Shown here in pieces: positions 61,868-64,000 of a DNA stretch of 64,000 nt; the stretch's first letter is position 1; every line of letters begins with the position of its first letter. The notes beneath the pieces are model-generated. The model made no database searches. It had not been told where the DNA came from and saw only the letters and a list, made by a program, of their open reading frames with translations. A program made the position numbers and the translations under genes. Origin of the DNA: Malacoraja senta (lineage: Eukaryota); assembly GCA_038087875.1 (NCBI GenBank), contig CM075987.1:25980001-26044000 (forward strand), in the 5' to 3' direction.

Positions 61868-62259
61868 CAAAGATCCTATAGCGAGCAAGATAGTCCACTC
61901 GAAGAAAAATACGTGGTACGGTCATGGGCAGATTCACGGGTAATTTTCGGCCCCATTTCCGTAACCGGCTTCCGTCTCCGCACCAAAGATCCCGTAGCGG
62001 AGCAAAGATAACTAGTGCGGAGACGGAAACATCCTCGTAAAAATAAAAGTTCTTTGGTAAAAATCTTCTCCTCATTTTCAGAATTATAATTTATTAACAC
62101 AAACTGTTCCCCCGCAACGTTGATTACACTGCGAGTCGGGTCGGGTCGGGTTACTGAAATGGATGAAAAAAAGACCCACGTTCCGCTCCGATGCGTACTA
62201 CACGTCAGCCCATTGCATTTAGAAGGAGTGGTCTATCTTGCTCCGCTATAGGATCTTTG
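61868..62259. mobile_element. hAT-type MITE inserted at the B box of an HE1 head
   Basis: About 33-bp TIR CAAAGATCCTATAGCG(G)AGCAAGATAG.CCACTC; perfect 8-bp TSD ATCCTGAC. Confidence 0.88.
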
Positions 62260-63162
62260 ATCCTGACTACGGGTGCTGTCTGTACTGAGTTTGGCTCGAT
62301 TGTAATCATGTGTTGTCTTTCTGCTGACTGGCTAGCACGCAACAAACGCCACCATGCCGAACAGACGAGGTAGTGTGGAGGTTAAGACGATGGAATGCTA
62401 ATCCATTGTGAATCGAATGATAGGGTTCGAAACCTGTCCTCCTTGTGAACTGTGCCATTCCGTCCTTCAACTCTAAACCAGGATAAACCAGTTTAAATAT
62501 TCTATGGAGTTAAAACACTGAGATACTGCCTCATCTGTGACCCTCGGACTATCTTTGATCGGGACTAAACATTATTCCCTTATCATATCTATAAGCTGTA
62601 GATGGCTCGATTGTAATCATGTATTGTCTTTCTGCTGAATGAATAGCACGCAACAAAAGCTTTTCGTTTACTTCGGTATACATGATAATAAACTAAACTG
62701 AACTGATTGTTCAAAAACAGTGAACCTCCCACAGCTGCCATTTTATTGACGGGTGCATTAGGCACATTTAAAATTCTTAACTTGTCATCTTGCATTTACT
62801 CAACCCAATTCCTTGAGTCGTACTATGTTGCAGTAATGCAATCTTGATTCTTCTGTCATGCTTTTTGCACAACAGACAGCAAAAGAGGTTGCTACATGTA
62901 ATGTGCTGAAAATCATATCGATCTTGTCCAACAATTTGCATGCTCCTTCGATTAGAGAGCAGGGAGTGTTGTCAAAGAAATCCATTAGCACAGCTAAATA
63001 TGCTTTCAGTGCCGAGTTATGTATGGATGAACCAAACACATTAATATCAAGGGACGCAGAGAGATTTCACTAGTATGTGCCTTAATGTACCATGTAACAA
63101 TCCCAGGAGAAGGTGGAATGGAATAAAGACCTCCTTTTTACACGCTTGCCGCAAAGGGAACT

Positions 63163-63665
63163 AGTTTAGTTTAGTTTTGGTTCAGAGATACATCGTGGAA
63201 ACAGGCCCTTCGGCCCACTGAGCCCGTGCCGAACAGCGATCCCCACACACTAACACTATCCTACTTCTTCTTCTTCTTCTTCTTGCGAATGAAACCTAAA
63301 CCAAAGGAATAATTAGATCTCAAGCCGGGTGTCGAGCAGCCAGGTTGTTGTCTCTGTTGGCGTCAATGTCTGCCAGGCCCTGACTGAGCTCCATTTGGTG
63401 GGTGGTAGAGCGGGCACCCAGAGATGACATGGTTGGCTGTCCCTCTGACTATCCTACACACACTAGGGACAATTTACAATTTTATCAAGCCAATTAACCT
63501 ATGAACCTGCAGGACTTTGGGGTGCGGGAGGAAACCGGAGCACCCGGACAAAACCCACGCAGGTCATGGGGTGAACGTACAAAACTCCACACATGCAGCA
63601 GCCATAGTCCGGGTCAAACCCAGATCTCTAACGCTGTGAGGCAACAACTCCACCGCTGTGCCACA
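63163..63665 (-). mobile_element. HE1 SINE interrupted by a Vingi-like fragment
   Basis: HE1 consensus on both sides of 63265-63447. Confidence 0.85.
63265..63447 (-). mobile_element. Vingi/Ingi-like LINE 3' end
   Basis: TANHVISGCPLYHPPNG (end of CCHC knuckle), (GAA)n tail, 10-bp TSD ACTATCCTAC. Confidence 0.65.
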
Positions 63666-63857
63666 ACATTTACACTTCTATATCCTGCTCAAAATTGCCA
63701 TTTTTGGAATTGCCTGAATCTTGTTCAGGAATGAAGTGCATTACAGGCAGAACCGTACATAAGGAGAACATGATTAGAACATTTCTATAGAGGAGTAGAC
63801 ATTGCTCCAAGAGTCTGGTGTTGTTTATGGTATATATTACTGCATCAATACTGCACC

Positions 63858-64000
63858 GTGGGGTGGCACGGTGGCGTTGCTGCCTTACTGCGCCAAAGAC
63901 CCTGATTACGGGCGCAGTCTGCACGGAGCTTGTACCTTCTCCCCGTGACCTGCGTGGGTTTTCCCCGGGTGCTCCGGTTTCCTCCCACACTCCAAAGACA
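63858..64000 (+). mobile_element. HE1 SINE 5' part (runs off the window)
   Basis: Head and V-domain. Confidence 0.8.

Noticed and set aside
62800..63073. Overlapping 71-79 aa ORFs in unique DNA as a host exon
   Set aside because: No recognised homology and no convincing pair of splice sites

Overview
Repeat-dense, apparently non-coding (intronic or intergenic) vertebrate DNA, most likely from a cartilaginous fish (skate/ray/shark). That assignment is inferred from more than 20 copies of the tRNA-derived V-SINE HE1 and its CR1/HER1-type partner LINE. No host protein-coding gene could be identified. The largest intelligible element is a near-complete DIRS1-type tyrosine-recombinase retrotransposon (4975-9731, minus strand) with gag-like, RT, RNase H, Dam-like methyltransferase and intact YR regions, ITRs and an ICR. 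It is nested in a Rex1 tail inside an HE1 SINE. Also present: a 5'-truncated L1 ORF2, CR1, Rex1/Babar, L2 and Vingi-like fragments, 12 PIF/Harbinger-type MITEs of several families, three hAT-like elements, a probable Helitron 5' part and a 200-N gap. The most interesting system is a large family of short Penelope-derived, often fold-back elements carrying a minimal hammerhead-ribozyme core (CTGAAGA-A-stem II-GAAACGT[C/T]). These have 14-18 bp TSDs and repeatedly insert into one site of HE1. Coordinates were read by eye and may be off by a few bases.
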